64,000 bases of DNA. It comes from a virus. The translations under genes were made by a program, and so were the position numbers. The notes beneath the pieces are model-generated. The model had not been told where the DNA came from and ran no database searches. It saw only the letters and a program-made list of their open reading frames with translations. Numbering within the stretch: position 1 is the stretch's first letter; the number at the start of each line of letters is the position of its first letter. This document shows positions 49,080 to 58,159 of this stretch, in pieces. Location: the IMG/VR virus record IMGVR_UViG_3300045141_000130, positions 1 to 64,000 of that record; one strand, written 5' to 3'.

Positions 49080-49609
49080 CTGTCCACCAGGTCGGTGATC
49101 CGCACGCCGGTGGCGATCTGGAGGCGCATCTTCTCCCGCTGCTTGCCGCTGGTGCCGCCCCACACCCCGTAGCGCATGTCGTGCTCCAAGGCGTACGTCA
49201 GGCACTCCAGGTCCACCGGGCACACGGCGCACACCCGGCGGGCCGTCTCCACCGCCACGATCAGGTCCTCCGGCGCCTGCCGGTCCTCCGTCCCGAAGAA
49301 CAGCGGCTCCGACAGGTCCAGCGGCAACTTGCGGCACAACGCCCGGCCATGCCAGGACGCCTGGGAGTACCGGGACCGTGGGGCCGGAGGGTCCGCGTCA
49401 GGAAGGTCCGGCAGGTCGGCCGCTGTATCGACACTCCCAGGCGTCGACCAGTGACGGTATCGGATCGTCCACACCCCGAGCGCGATCTGCACCCGGTCCC
49501 CGGGGCTGTCACCCTCGGGTGGTGCCGACAGCCATCGCATGTCGACCGACACGTCAAGCACCGGACCCGGGTGGAATGCGACAGGGTCCGCGCCGAGGGT
49601 GGCGAGCAT
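49067..49609 (-). CDS. whiB: WhiB family transcription factor
   Basis: Four Cys (ALC...VCAVCPV...CL.YAL) plus YGVWGG; start uncertain. Confidence 0.88.
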   Translation of the reverse strand: MLATLGADPVAFHPGPVLDVSVDMRWLSAPPEGDSPGDRVQIALGVWTIRYRHWSTPGSVDTAADLPDLPDADPPAPRSRYSQASWHGRALCRKLPLDLSEPLFFGTEDRQAPEDLIVAVETARRVCAVCPVDLECLTYALEHDMRYGVWGGTSGKQREKMRLQIATGVRITDLVDRWLG

Positions 49610-49620
49610 CGAGGGTTCCC

Positions 49621-49872
49621 CTAACGGGTAGCCCGAAGCGTGATGGTTCCCTCGGCGTCCCGCCAGGCCATCAGGTCCGGCTGATCCACCACCGCGCTGT
49701 CGGAGACCTGAATCTCATTGCTGTGCGAAAGCTGCTGGACCATCTCCACCAGAACGGCGAGGACTTGGATAGTCACTGCGTACTCGACTTCCAGGTCGCA
49801 CAACCGCTCAACGCTTTTGAGTAGCTGGTCGTCACGCTTCACTAGACGTGAGGGTAACGGATTGATGATCAA
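49621..49872 (-). CDS. Hypothetical protein
   Basis: ORF in operon with protein-like composition. Confidence 0.55.
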   Translation of the reverse strand: MIINPLPSRLVKRDDQLLKSVERLCDLEVEYAVTIQVLAVLVEMVQQLSHSNEIQVSDSAVVDQPDLMAWRDAEGTITLRATR

Positions 49873-49879
49873 TCAGGCG

Positions 49880-50365
49880 CTACGCCTCCGAACCTTTCGC
49901 CAACTCGGCGACCCGGCGGGCCTTCCCCTCGTCCAGTTCGGCCTCCACGGCAACGGCCATGTCGAGCAGCCGCACCGACTTCTCGACCTTCCCCGCCTCC
50001 GCGTACTCCTTGCCCCGCTTCCGGTAGTCGCGCACCCGCCCCGCCAGGCGACGGCGGTGCTGCAACTCCGATGCCGTGAACATCCGCTGGCGACCCCGCA
50101 GTCCGCCCTCCCGTCGTGTGGTGAGGAACTGACGGATGTGCTCGACGCGATCCGGTGTGTACAGCAGTATCTCGACGTCCTCGTAGCTGGCCCGGTGGGT
50201 GGCCCCCAGGTTGTCCTCGGGGTAGGTCTTGGCGAGGTAGGACAGCATCGACAGGGTGATGCCGAGGCTCTCGGCCACCTCATATCGCAGGAAGAAGGGG
50301 TGTTCCAGCGATCTGACCCACTGGACCATGGGGTGGTCGGCGTACGGGGACCCTAATCTGGGCAT
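49880..50365 (-). CDS. Putative DNA-binding protein, first gene of the leftward operon
   Basis: YEVAESLGITLSML HTH-like segment; AAGGAG RBS. Confidence 0.6.
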   Translation of the reverse strand: MPRLGSPYADHPMVQWVRSLEHPFFLRYEVAESLGITLSMLSYLAKTYPEDNLGATHRASYEDVEILLYTPDRVEHIRQFLTTRREGGLRGRQRMFTASELQHRRRLAGRVRDYRKRGKEYAEAGKVEKSVRLLDMAVAVEAELDEGKARRVAELAKGSEA

Positions 50366-50408
50366 TCCTGAGACTCCTTGTCTCCCAACGGGTCTGGCGA
50401 CCCGAACG

Positions 50409-50438
50409 TTGCATTACTGCACAAAAGGATGCTACAAT
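50409..50438 (+). promoter_or_regulatory. SigA-type promoter
   Basis: TTGCAT-N18-TACAAT at the strand divergence point. Confidence 0.7.
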
Positions 50439-50583
50439 AGAGATATGCGTTGCGGCGTGCCCAAAAACAGGGCCGCCGGGGCCCACGGAGCAGATCTCCG
50501 TGGGCCCTTCCCATATCGGGGCGCACACCCACAAGCCGTCCGGCTCACCCCGGGCGGCTTTCGTGTCTGGAGAGGACACTGCA

Positions 50584-51207
50584 ATGTTCAAGTTCCACCG
50601 CAGCAACGGCAAGCACGTCGCCGCCGAGCACACCTGCCCGCTGGCCGTCACCCTCCCCACCGTCGGCCGCCACGTCGACGCCCGGACCACCGCGAAGTTC
50701 ATCGTGGCCGGTGCCAAGGTGCAGGCCGAGGCGATCATCGCCGAGGGCAAGGCGCAGGCCGAGTCGGTCCTCAAGGCCGACGCGGAGTTGCGCGTCAAGC
50801 TGGCCCAGATGACCGCTGACGCCAAGGCCGAGGCTGACGCCAAGGCCAAGGCGCAGCGCGACGCCCAGAGGGCGGCGGACAACGCCATCGCCGACTGGCG
50901 CTACGAGGCAGCCCGCGCCGACCGCCGCGAGCGCAAGCACCAGGTGCGTCTTGCCAAGGCGCAGAACGCCACCGCGGCGATGAGGGCCGCTGCCGACGAG
51001 AAGATCGCGGCGTTCAACGCCCAGGCCGCGAGCGCGGCAGCCGCGAACGACACGATCGACCTGGCCTTCCAGGCGAGCGAGATCCAGATGCTTGCCGAGC
51101 AGGTTGCGAAGCTCGCTGGTGACCTGGCTGCCAAGCAGGTCGAGAAGGACCTCGCCGACCTGGCGATCCAGCACCTGATCGACCGGACGGTCCCTGCGGC
51201 CGCCTGA
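50584..51207 (+). CDS. Ala/Lys-rich coiled-coil early protein
   Basis: GAGAGGA RBS before MFKFHRS. Confidence 0.7.
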   Translation: MFKFHRSNGKHVAAEHTCPLAVTLPTVGRHVDARTTAKFIVAGAKVQAEAIIAEGKAQAESVLKADAELRVKLAQMTADAKAEADAKAKAQRDAQRAADNAIADWRYEAARADRRERKHQVRLAKAQNATAAMRAAADEKIAAFNAQAASAAAANDTIDLAFQASEIQMLAEQVAKLAGDLAAKQVEKDLADLAIQHLIDRTVPAAA

Positions 51208-51347
51208 GACTTGGCGTGGCACGGCACGGCTGGGCTTGGCCTGGCGTGGCGTGGCCGGGCAAGCCATGGCTTGGCAAGGCATGGTTTGGCTGGGTCCGGC
51301 CTGGCAAGGCACGGCGCGGCAAGGTAAGGGTCCCTCGCAAGGGGGAC
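51208..51347 (+). ncRNA. GGY-NN pentamer tract 1 (about 24 units) with 3' GCAA-loop hairpin; candidate guide RNA
   Basis: tt GGC gt GGC ac GGC ac GGC tg ... GGT aa GGG then GTCCCTC-GCAA-GGGGGAC. Confidence 0.75.
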
Positions 51348-51472
51348 AAGTAGTACCCGCAATACAGCAGCCCCCCAGCATCCGTGCTGGGGGGCTGCTG
51401 GCGTTTTTCGGCGTATTACCCCCAGGCCAACCGGTCTGGGGTCCCTGCGTTTCTCCTGAGAGGAGAAAGCAG

Positions 51473-51841
51473 TTGAGCGACACCAGTGGTATCCAGCCCT
51501 TCTTCCAAGGCCTGGGGTCCTACCTCGGCGACTACGTCCGCCAGGCGACCGAAGCGTCCTCCTTCCACGTCGGTGACGGGGTGCGCTACCACGGCTCGAA
51601 GGTGGCCGACCACGGCTACTGGAGAGTCCAGGCCGTCCCCGGCAATGGGACGGTCGAGATCGGGCGGCGCGGGGAGCGCCGGTACCTGGTCGTTCGGCCG
51701 CAGTCGATCGACAACCTCCGCGACGAGGTCTGCCGACACTGCGACGCTGCCGAGGTCTGGCACTACGCGATGCGCGTCGACGACATCGTCGACGGGGATC
51801 TGCCGGTGCAGGACCTCTGCTACTCCTGCGAAAACAGGTAG
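51473..51841 (+). CDS. Hypothetical protein with SH3-like region and CxxC pairs
   Basis: AGGAG RBS, TTG start. Confidence 0.6.
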   Translation: MSDTSGIQPFFQGLGSYLGDYVRQATEASSFHVGDGVRYHGSKVADHGYWRVQAVPGNGTVEIGRRGERRYLVVRPQSIDNLRDEVCRHCDAAEVWHYAMRVDDIVDGDLPVQDLCYSCENR

Positions 51842-51857
51842 CAAACAGCAGCAACGC

Positions 51858-51910
51858 TTCAAGCCCCCCGGCCGCTCGGCCGGGGGGTTCCTGCGTGTCT
51901 GGAAAGGACA
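51858..51910 (+). repeat. 53-bp intergenic direct repeat, copy 1 (hairpin plus RBS)
   Basis: Near-identical to 52385-52437, differing only in the hairpin loop. Confidence 0.85.
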
Positions 51911-51915
51911 TGGCA

Positions 51916-52374
51916 ATGAGCAACACCAAGAAGCACCGAGGAAGGTTCGCCTTCCTCCTGGCGGGCATCATCACGGCCCTGCTGATCGCGTCGGCGTTCA
52001 GCGTCGGGTGGGTGTCCAACGCGGCGCCCGACCCGGTGCTGAGGCCGCAGCCCGCCGTCACCGTGCTGACCCACACGGTGCCCACCACCGTGCCCACCAC
52101 CGTGGTCCACACCCAGGTGGAGACGCAGACCAAGACGGTGACGCGGGTCAGCGCCTACTGCGCGGCGGCCATCGCGGATGCCGACGGCATCCAGGCCGAG
52201 TGGCTGCAGGTCGCCACCGACATGGGCAACGCCACCTCCGACATGGTCTACGGGGGGGCGAACGCCGCCAGCAACAGCGAGGTCGAGTCGGCCACCGCGC
52301 TGTTGAAGAAGTTGAACGACACCGACATCCCGCAGTACACCGCCGACAAGATCAAGTGCCAGGCGGGCGAGTAG
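51916..52374 (+). CDS. Membrane-anchored or secreted protein
   Basis: N-terminal TM helix, Thr/Val-rich linker, two Cys. Confidence 0.7.
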   Translation: MSNTKKHRGRFAFLLAGIITALLIASAFSVGWVSNAAPDPVLRPQPAVTVLTHTVPTTVPTTVVHTQVETQTKTVTRVSAYCAAAIADADGIQAEWLQVATDMGNATSDMVYGGANAASNSEVESATALLKKLNDTDIPQYTADKIKCQAGE

Positions 52375-52384
52375 CACTCGCAGT

Positions 52385-52437
52385 TTCAAGCCCCCCGGCC
52401 GACCGGCCGGGGGGTTCCTGCGTGTCTGGAAAGGACA
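52385..52437 (+). repeat. 53-bp intergenic direct repeat, copy 2
   Basis: See 51858-51910. Confidence 0.85.
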
Positions 52438-52442
52438 CTGCA

Positions 52443-53018
52443 ATGCCCACAGAAGTTCAGCAGTTGAAGGCCGAGCTTGATGCCCTGCGTCTCCGGGTCA
52501 TCCGGCTTGAAAGCACCACCCGGGGTATGCAGCGCGGCATCACGGCGCTGAAGGCGGTCGACAAGCCCGACCTGTCGGTGGTCGACTCCCCGGACGTCGA
52601 GCACATGGTCAGCCGTCTCGCCGGTGACCTGGCGAAGCGCCTGGGGCTGACCGACATCACCCTCACCCCGGAGCAGCGGGAGGCGGAGGTCCAGTCGCGC
52701 CGCGACATCGAGCTTCGCGGGCTGCGGGTCGTCAACGAGCAGCTGCTCGCCGAGAATGCGAAGCTCCGCGGCGACATCGAGTACCTGCGCAACGAGGCGT
52801 CCAGGCTCCGCGGGCTGAAGCTCACCGCCGAGGACGCCCTGGCCAACGATCAGCATGTGATCGAGGCGCTGCGCAAGGAACTCCGGCAGTTGACGGCCGA
52901 GACGATGCGCAGGGTCAACGCCGACAGGCTCGTCACCGAGGCCCCGGTCCTGACCGACCCGTGGGAGGGTCTGACCGACCGGCAGCCCCGCAGCCACGGC
53001 AAGCCGGTCCGCGGCTGA
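52443..53018 (+). CDS. Coiled-coil hypothetical protein
   Basis: AAAGGA RBS before MPTEVQQ. Confidence 0.7.
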   Translation: MPTEVQQLKAELDALRLRVIRLESTTRGMQRGITALKAVDKPDLSVVDSPDVEHMVSRLAGDLAKRLGLTDITLTPEQREAEVQSRRDIELRGLRVVNEQLLAENAKLRGDIEYLRNEASRLRGLKLTAEDALANDQHVIEALRKELRQLTAETMRRVNADRLVTEAPVLTDPWEGLTDRQPRSHGKPVRG

Positions 53019-53224
53019 TGAACCCCTACGAGCAGGTCAGCTTCCGCCTGGCCGTCGGCGACGTCGTCCACCTGTTCCTGCCCCAGTCGAAGCTGACCGG
53101 GGTGGTGGACAGGATCGAGCTTCGCCTCGGCGGGCTCGACTGGACCCGGATCCACGTACGGGTCGACGCGGACGGCGTCACCCGCGAATACCCCGTCGGG
53201 ATGGTCTTCCCGGCGGGCTGCTAG
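53018..53224 (+). CDS. Hypothetical protein
   Basis: TGATG coupling. Confidence 0.6.
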   Translation: MNPYEQVSFRLAVGDVVHLFLPQSKLTGVVDRIELRLGGLDWTRIHVRVDADGVTREYPVGMVFPAGC

Positions 53225-53282
53225 TCCGCAAAAAGCGGTACAATGGAGGAGTCGCGTTGCGGCGTGCCCACTTTCGGGCCGC
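53225..53282 (+). promoter_or_regulatory. Promoter -10 (TACAAT) plus conserved leader motif
   Basis: TACAAT at 53239-53244 followed by GCGTTGCGGCGTGCCCA...GGGCCGC, as at 50433-50476. Confidence 0.6.
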
Positions 53283-53356
53283 TGCGGCGCGATTTCTCGT
53301 TTCACCCCCCGGCGACCGTCGGGGGTTTCTTCGTTTCTCGGGAAAGGGAAACAGCA

Positions 53357-53473
53357 ATGAACGTCCCAGCGCACCACCTCAGGACCGGCCTGATCGTCGC
53401 CGTGGTCATGGCGATCATCACCGCGATCTGGGCGGCCGTGTTCGGCCTCGGCCTGAAGGAGAAGCAGTCGTGA
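53357..53473 (+). CDS. Small membrane peptide
   Basis: RBS; one hydrophobic helix; a second tiny TM ORF follows at 53470-53550. Confidence 0.55.
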   Translation: MNVPAHHLRTGLIVAVVMAIITAIWAAVFGLGLKEKQS

Positions 53474-53670
53474 TCAGGATCTTGGTCGTCCTCTTCATCA
53501 TCTGGGTCTTCGGCGATAAGGACCGCCCCGCCGAGCGCAACAACGACTGACGCATTCGGCGGGGCCCGGTTTCGACCGGGCCCCTGCCGTGGGTGCCAGT
53601 CACACCCAAACGGCCCCCCAGCACTCCCGCTGGGGGGCTTACTTCGTTCCCACGAAAGGGGAACAGCACC

Positions 53671-54000
53671 ATGAGCAACGCATTCACGCAGTACTGCCAG
53701 GCCCTCGGCAAGGGTCTGGGCCAGGGCACCACGGCGACCTGGCGCCAGACGAACACCCTGGCCGGGTTCGCCCAGGTCGTCCTCACCCCGATGGCCATGC
53801 GCCCCGCGGTGCTGGTGGGCAACCTGGCCACCAACGTGGTGATCCACTCCACCACGGCGTTCAAGGAGACGGCAGCGGTCCGCAAGGCCGCGGCGCCCGT
53901 CGCCGCCCTGCCCCAGGCGGCTGCCGCAGCCGCTGGCGCCCAGGCCCAGCCTGGGGCGATCTTCATCGTCCCGCCGGTCAAGACGGCCAGCGGGTCCTGA
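53671..54000 (+). CDS. Hypothetical protein
   Basis: AAAGGGG RBS before MSNAFTQ. Confidence 0.65.
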   Translation: MSNAFTQYCQALGKGLGQGTTATWRQTNTLAGFAQVVLTPMAMRPAVLVGNLATNVVIHSTTAFKETAAVRKAAAPVAALPQAAAAAAGAQAQPGAIFIVPPVKTASGS

Positions 54001-54066
54001 AGTACCGCCGGGGGGCCGCCTGGCCCCCCGGCACCCTTCGTTCCCACAGAAAGGGGAACTTGCACC

Positions 54067-54396
54067 ATGTCCACTCCATCAACACCCACCACCGGCCCGG
54101 TCACGCTCATCCCGGCCGGGTCCATCGAGTGGGGCGTCATCCAGCAGAACGCCAAGGACGTCGTGGCGTTGCGCGCCGAGGTCGCCCTCCTCAAGGAGGC
54201 CAAGGAGATCCGCGACCGCCGCATCTCCTGGCTGGAGTCCACCCTCGGCGAGAAGATCGCCGAGGTGGTCGCCCTGCGTCGGGAGGCCGCAGTGGCCGGG
54301 CTGTCGCTCGACCGCTACCGCGGGCTGATCGACAGCCTCGCCGCACTCAGCAAGGCGCAGTCCCCGGAGACGGCCGCACCCGCGGCTGCCTCCTGA
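54067..54396 (+). CDS. Coiled-coil hypothetical protein
   Basis: Same leader architecture as the previous gene. Confidence 0.65.
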   Translation: MSTPSTPTTGPVTLIPAGSIEWGVIQQNAKDVVALRAEVALLKEAKEIRDRRISWLESTLGEKIAEVVALRREAAVAGLSLDRYRGLIDSLAALSKAQSPETAAPAAAS

Positions 54397-54464
54397 TCGA
54401 CACCGTGGGGCGGGGAGCGCATCCCCGCCCCACGGCCCCAACCCACCAACTCCAAGGAGGAGTG

Positions 54465-54818
54465 ATGCGCAACCCGTTCCGCAGCAAGGCTGTCGCGTTC
54501 GACCCCGAACCGTGGCGGCCCGGTGAACTGTTCACCGAGTACCGCGCCGTCGTCAGTTCGTTCGACGACGACAAGCAGTTCCCGATCGTCTCGGTGTTGG
54601 CCGCCAACGCCGAGCAGGCCCAGCAGGCGATCACCCACGCGGTGAACGCCAAGGCGCTGGAGATGGGTGTGAGCATGGACTACCTGCAGGTCCAGATGCT
54701 GGCCTCCCCGGAGGTCGTCCGGGTCTGGAACCAGGACATCAACACCCGGTCGTGGGGCGTGTTCGCCACGCCCGCCAACCACGCCGCCATCGAGGCCCCG
54801 AAGAGGAAGGCCTCCTGA
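54465..54818 (+). CDS. Hypothetical protein
   Basis: AAGGAGG RBS. Confidence 0.65.
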   Translation: MRNPFRSKAVAFDPEPWRPGELFTEYRAVVSSFDDDKQFPIVSVLAANAEQAQQAITHAVNAKALEMGVSMDYLQVQMLASPEVVRVWNQDINTRSWGVFATPANHAAIEAPKRKAS

Positions 54819-55273
54819 TGACGACCCCCCGGCGGAAGCTCCCCAAGATCAACCCCGCCATGGCGATCGCCGGGGGGATCGGCATGGGGGGACTTGCCCC
54901 GGTCCGCCCCCGCCGGTCCCTGGGGCGGGTCAAGGACGCGGCGTTCCAGCCCGTGGAGCGCAAGTACGTGGACGTGTCCGACAACCCGCAGTGGCTGGCC
55001 CTGGAACCCCAGCTAGACAGGGCACGCAAGGCCGTGGAGCGCTGGGAGGACAAGGAGGTCGACGCCAACACCGCCATGCGAGAGATCGCGGGCGACCAGG
55101 ATGTCGAAGGCCTCCGGTTCCGCCTGTTCCACAGCCACCCGCAAGGTCCCGTCAACCTGGAACTGCTGGCCGCCCACTTCGGCGTCAGCATCGGGTTCCT
55201 CGACAGGTTCCGGGACCCGCGGCGGCACAGCGTCACCATCCAGCGCATCGTCGGGCGGAGGCGGAAGCGATGA
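54818..55273 (+). CDS. Hypothetical protein
   Basis: TGATG coupling. Confidence 0.6.
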   Translation: MTTPRRKLPKINPAMAIAGGIGMGGLAPVRPRRSLGRVKDAAFQPVERKYVDVSDNPQWLALEPQLDRARKAVERWEDKEVDANTAMREIAGDQDVEGLRFRLFHSHPQGPVNLELLAAHFGVSIGFLDRFRDPRRHSVTIQRIVGRRRKR

Positions 55274-55491
55274 CCGAGCACGTCTACACGGTCACCATCA
55301 CCCACCTCACCCTGGAGGCGAAGGAGGCCGACGCGATGATGACGACGGCCATCGAGGCGCTGGGCGGCATGCTGTACGAGTACTCCGGGGGCCTGGCGGC
55401 GTACGAGGTGACCGGCTTTCGCCACGGCGACGGCGAGGTCATCGGGTACGTCCACGACCCGGACGAGTTGGAAGATGAGGAGGGGACATGA
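55270..55491 (+). CDS. Hypothetical protein
   Basis: ATGA coupling. Confidence 0.6.
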   Translation: MTEHVYTVTITHLTLEAKEADAMMTTAIEALGGMLYEYSGGLAAYEVTGFRHGDGEVIGYVHDPDELEDEEGT

Positions 55492-55826
55492 ACGCCGCCC
55501 CCGCTGCCGATACCGGCGGCCTGTGCTGGGAGCAGCTGCCCAGCGACCAGGCCGCCGCGCTCGTCCTCGTCGACCTGTACCGGGCGCACCTGTCCACCAG
55601 CGAGTCCAGCCGCCGCTACCGCATCGTGGTGGCGGCGTACAACCAGTGGCTGGGCGCCGTCAAGGTGATGGGCTTCGTCTGGCACCGCAGTCCCGACGAC
55701 ATCCGCGATGCGGTCATCGACACCGTGATGGCCGTCGGCCGGGCCTACCACAGCGACGACAAGGCGCAGTGGCAGGACCGGGCGATGTACGGCGTGCTGG
55801 GAAAGCTGCACCTGCACGACGACTGA
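55488..55826 (+). CDS. Hypothetical protein
   Basis: ATGA coupling. Confidence 0.6.
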   Translation: MNAAPAADTGGLCWEQLPSDQAAALVLVDLYRAHLSTSESSRRYRIVVAAYNQWLGAVKVMGFVWHRSPDDIRDAVIDTVMAVGRAYHSDDKAQWQDRAMYGVLGKLHLHDD

Positions 55827-55976
55827 CGCAGTCTCTGGCCCACCCTTCGGGGTGGGCCAGGGGTCTGCGATTTTTTGCGTTTCCGGGGAAAAGATGATCT
55901 TGAACCCTCCGATTGGTGTCGGAGGGTCGATTCATGCTGTCCGGAACCACCGGCAGCACCCGAAAGGAGGGCCGCT

Positions 55977-57332
55977 GTGACAACAGCGAGTCCCGAGCGC
56001 ATCGGAAATGCGCACACCGCAGTAGCGCGAGGTGCCGAGTTCGGCGACATCCTCGCGTTGCTCAACAAGCAGCAGGCCAGGAAGGTCGACATCGTCATTC
56101 CTGGCAGCAAACTGCTCGTCCGGGACGGCATGCTCGTCGTCGCCGACGACGTCGTCGACATGAGCGACGAAGGGGTGACCCGGGTCGGCGGCGAGTATTG
56201 GCCCACCACCTGGTTCGACGCCCACGTCGCCGAACGGTTGGACATTCCTGTTGCCTATCTGCGCCGCCTGCGCAACGGCAGGGAGATCGTCGGCACCAGG
56301 GGTCGCAGCCGCACCCTCGGCCCGCGACTGGACCTGTACGACAGCAACGTCAACGGGTTGTTCCGCGGCAACGACGACGTCCCGCCGGACCTGCGGAACT
56401 TCTACGCCCGGCTGCTCGTCCCCGACGACCAGGACACCAACGGCATCGCCTACGCGCTGATGTCCTCCAAGTACTGGAGGCTGGACAACTACGACGCGAT
56501 CATGGCCACCCTGTCCGGCATCCGCAAGGCCGGGATCGACCCGCTGTCGTTGCACATCTACGGCGACCTGTCGGAGACGAAGCTGTACCTGCACGTCCAC
56601 GCGCCGCAGGTGCTCACCGCCGCACCCGAACTGCTGCGCAACTACCGCAGCCCGTTCGACATCCAGGGCGAGGCAAGCAAACGCCAGGTTCCGGCCTACA
56701 CGCTGGAGCAGAGGGTGGCCATGGGCCGCCAGTGGCGGGAGACCCACCGGCTGGACGAACACATCCAGCCCGGCTCCGAACCGCTCGTCCACTCCGGTTT
56801 CCTGATCACCAACTCGGAGATCGGGCAGGGCCGCTGGTCCATCCAGAAGGAGATCGTCTTCCTGGCGTGCACCAACGGGATGACCTTGACGGCGGGCCGT
56901 TTCGAGCGGCGGCACGTCGGCAGCGACCAGGAGGAGGGCCAGGTCGAATGGTCGGCGGAAACCCGTGACGCCGAGTTGCAGTGGATCGTCTCCTCGACCG
57001 CCGACATCGTGGCCGATGCGCTCAACCCGGAATCCCTGGAGAACACCGTCACCGCCCTGGAGCAGAAGGCGGGGCGCACCGTGGACGACCCGCGACGCAC
57101 CATCGCGGTCGTCGCCCAGAAGCACCTGTTCAACAAGGACGAGGAGGAGGCGATCCTCCGCCACTTCGAGTTGGGTCAGGCCTTCACCAGTGCCGGTGTG
57201 GCGCAGGCCATCTCGTCCGTCGCCCAGATGTACGAGGACCCGGACCGGGCGCACAAGCTGACCGACGCCGCCATCCCCGCGATGGAACTCGTCCACTCCC
57301 TGAGAAGTACCGGGAGTCGGGCATCCCTCTGA
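55977..57332 (+). CDS. DUF932-like phage/plasmid protein
   Basis: AAAGGAGG RBS; ALMSSKY..LDN, GFLITNSEIG.G, LACTNGM and RRHVG motifs. Confidence 0.75.
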   Translation: MTTASPERIGNAHTAVARGAEFGDILALLNKQQARKVDIVIPGSKLLVRDGMLVVADDVVDMSDEGVTRVGGEYWPTTWFDAHVAERLDIPVAYLRRLRNGREIVGTRGRSRTLGPRLDLYDSNVNGLFRGNDDVPPDLRNFYARLLVPDDQDTNGIAYALMSSKYWRLDNYDAIMATLSGIRKAGIDPLSLHIYGDLSETKLYLHVHAPQVLTAAPELLRNYRSPFDIQGEASKRQVPAYTLEQRVAMGRQWRETHRLDEHIQPGSEPLVHSGFLITNSEIGQGRWSIQKEIVFLACTNGMTLTAGRFERRHVGSDQEEGQVEWSAETRDAELQWIVSSTADIVADALNPESLENTVTALEQKAGRTVDDPRRTIAVVAQKHLFNKDEEEAILRHFELGQAFTSAGVAQAISSVAQMYEDPDRAHKLTDAAIPAMELVHSLRSTGSRASL

Positions 57333-57713
57333 GACCTGGCAAGGCCGGGAGAGGCCGGGCGAGGCATGGCTAGCTTTGGCACGCAAGGGCGAGGCTTGGC
57401 TTGGCTAGGCGTGGCAAGGCGTGGCTAGGCGGGGAATGGCAAGGCGAGGTATGGAATGCCGAGGCGGTGCATGGCCGGGCTAGGCCAGGTTCGGCGCGGT
57501 ATGGCTCGGCAAGGCATGGCGAGGCTCGGTTGGGTCGGCCATGGCGAGGCAAGGCTAGGCGAGGCGCGGTGTGGCAAGGCGGGGTTCGGCAAGGTCAGGT
57601 TCGGCGTGCTCCGGTTTGGTATGGCCAGGTCGGGCTAGGCACGGTCGGGTCCGGTTCGGCGGGCCTGGGCATGGTATGGGCTCCCCGTAAGTCCCTCATT
57701 TGGGCCGGGGAGC
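57333..57713 (+). ncRNA. GGY-NN pentamer tract 2 (about 69 units) with 3' CCGTAAGTCC-containing hairpin
   Basis: Continuous 5-nt register from the stop codon to GGTATGGG (57673-57680), then GCTCCCC...GGGGAGC stem. Confidence 0.78.
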
Positions 57714-57748
57714 AAACAACAAATCCCTTGAGAGGAAAGGATTTTCGC

Positions 57749-58159
57749 ATGACAGGAGGACCATCAGACGGGGCGTACGAAGTCCTGAACACGATGCTTC
57801 ACGACATGCTTCACAGCCCGGGGGCGCAGGCCACGTTCAACATGGACACGCCGATGGCGACACTCATCGACACGTTCGATCTGGCCTTGCCGCCGGACTC
57901 CGACGAGAACTTCACCTGCGATCTGTGCGACCAGGTACACCGGGAGGGCCTGGACCGCATCGTCACCGCATTCGAGCCTGGCGAGCCACCCACCGACGGC
58001 AGCCCCGGGTACGTCAAGATGATCGCCGCCGCGGGCAAGAGCCCCACAGATCTGGCCATGGAGAAACTCGACCGACCGAGGGTGATCCTGGTCCTGTACT
58101 CGTGCCGCAACTGCTCGCTGGAGATCCAGCAGGGGATGGACCGCCAGGAAACCTTCTGA
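57749..58159 (+). CDS. Hypothetical Zn-finger protein (two CxxC)
   Basis: GGAAAGGA RBS; CDLC and CRNC; lies between two pentamer tracts. Confidence 0.65.
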   Translation: MTGGPSDGAYEVLNTMLHDMLHSPGAQATFNMDTPMATLIDTFDLALPPDSDENFTCDLCDQVHREGLDRIVTAFEPGEPPTDGSPGYVKMIAAAGKSPTDLAMEKLDRPRVILVLYSCRNCSLEIQQGMDRQETF

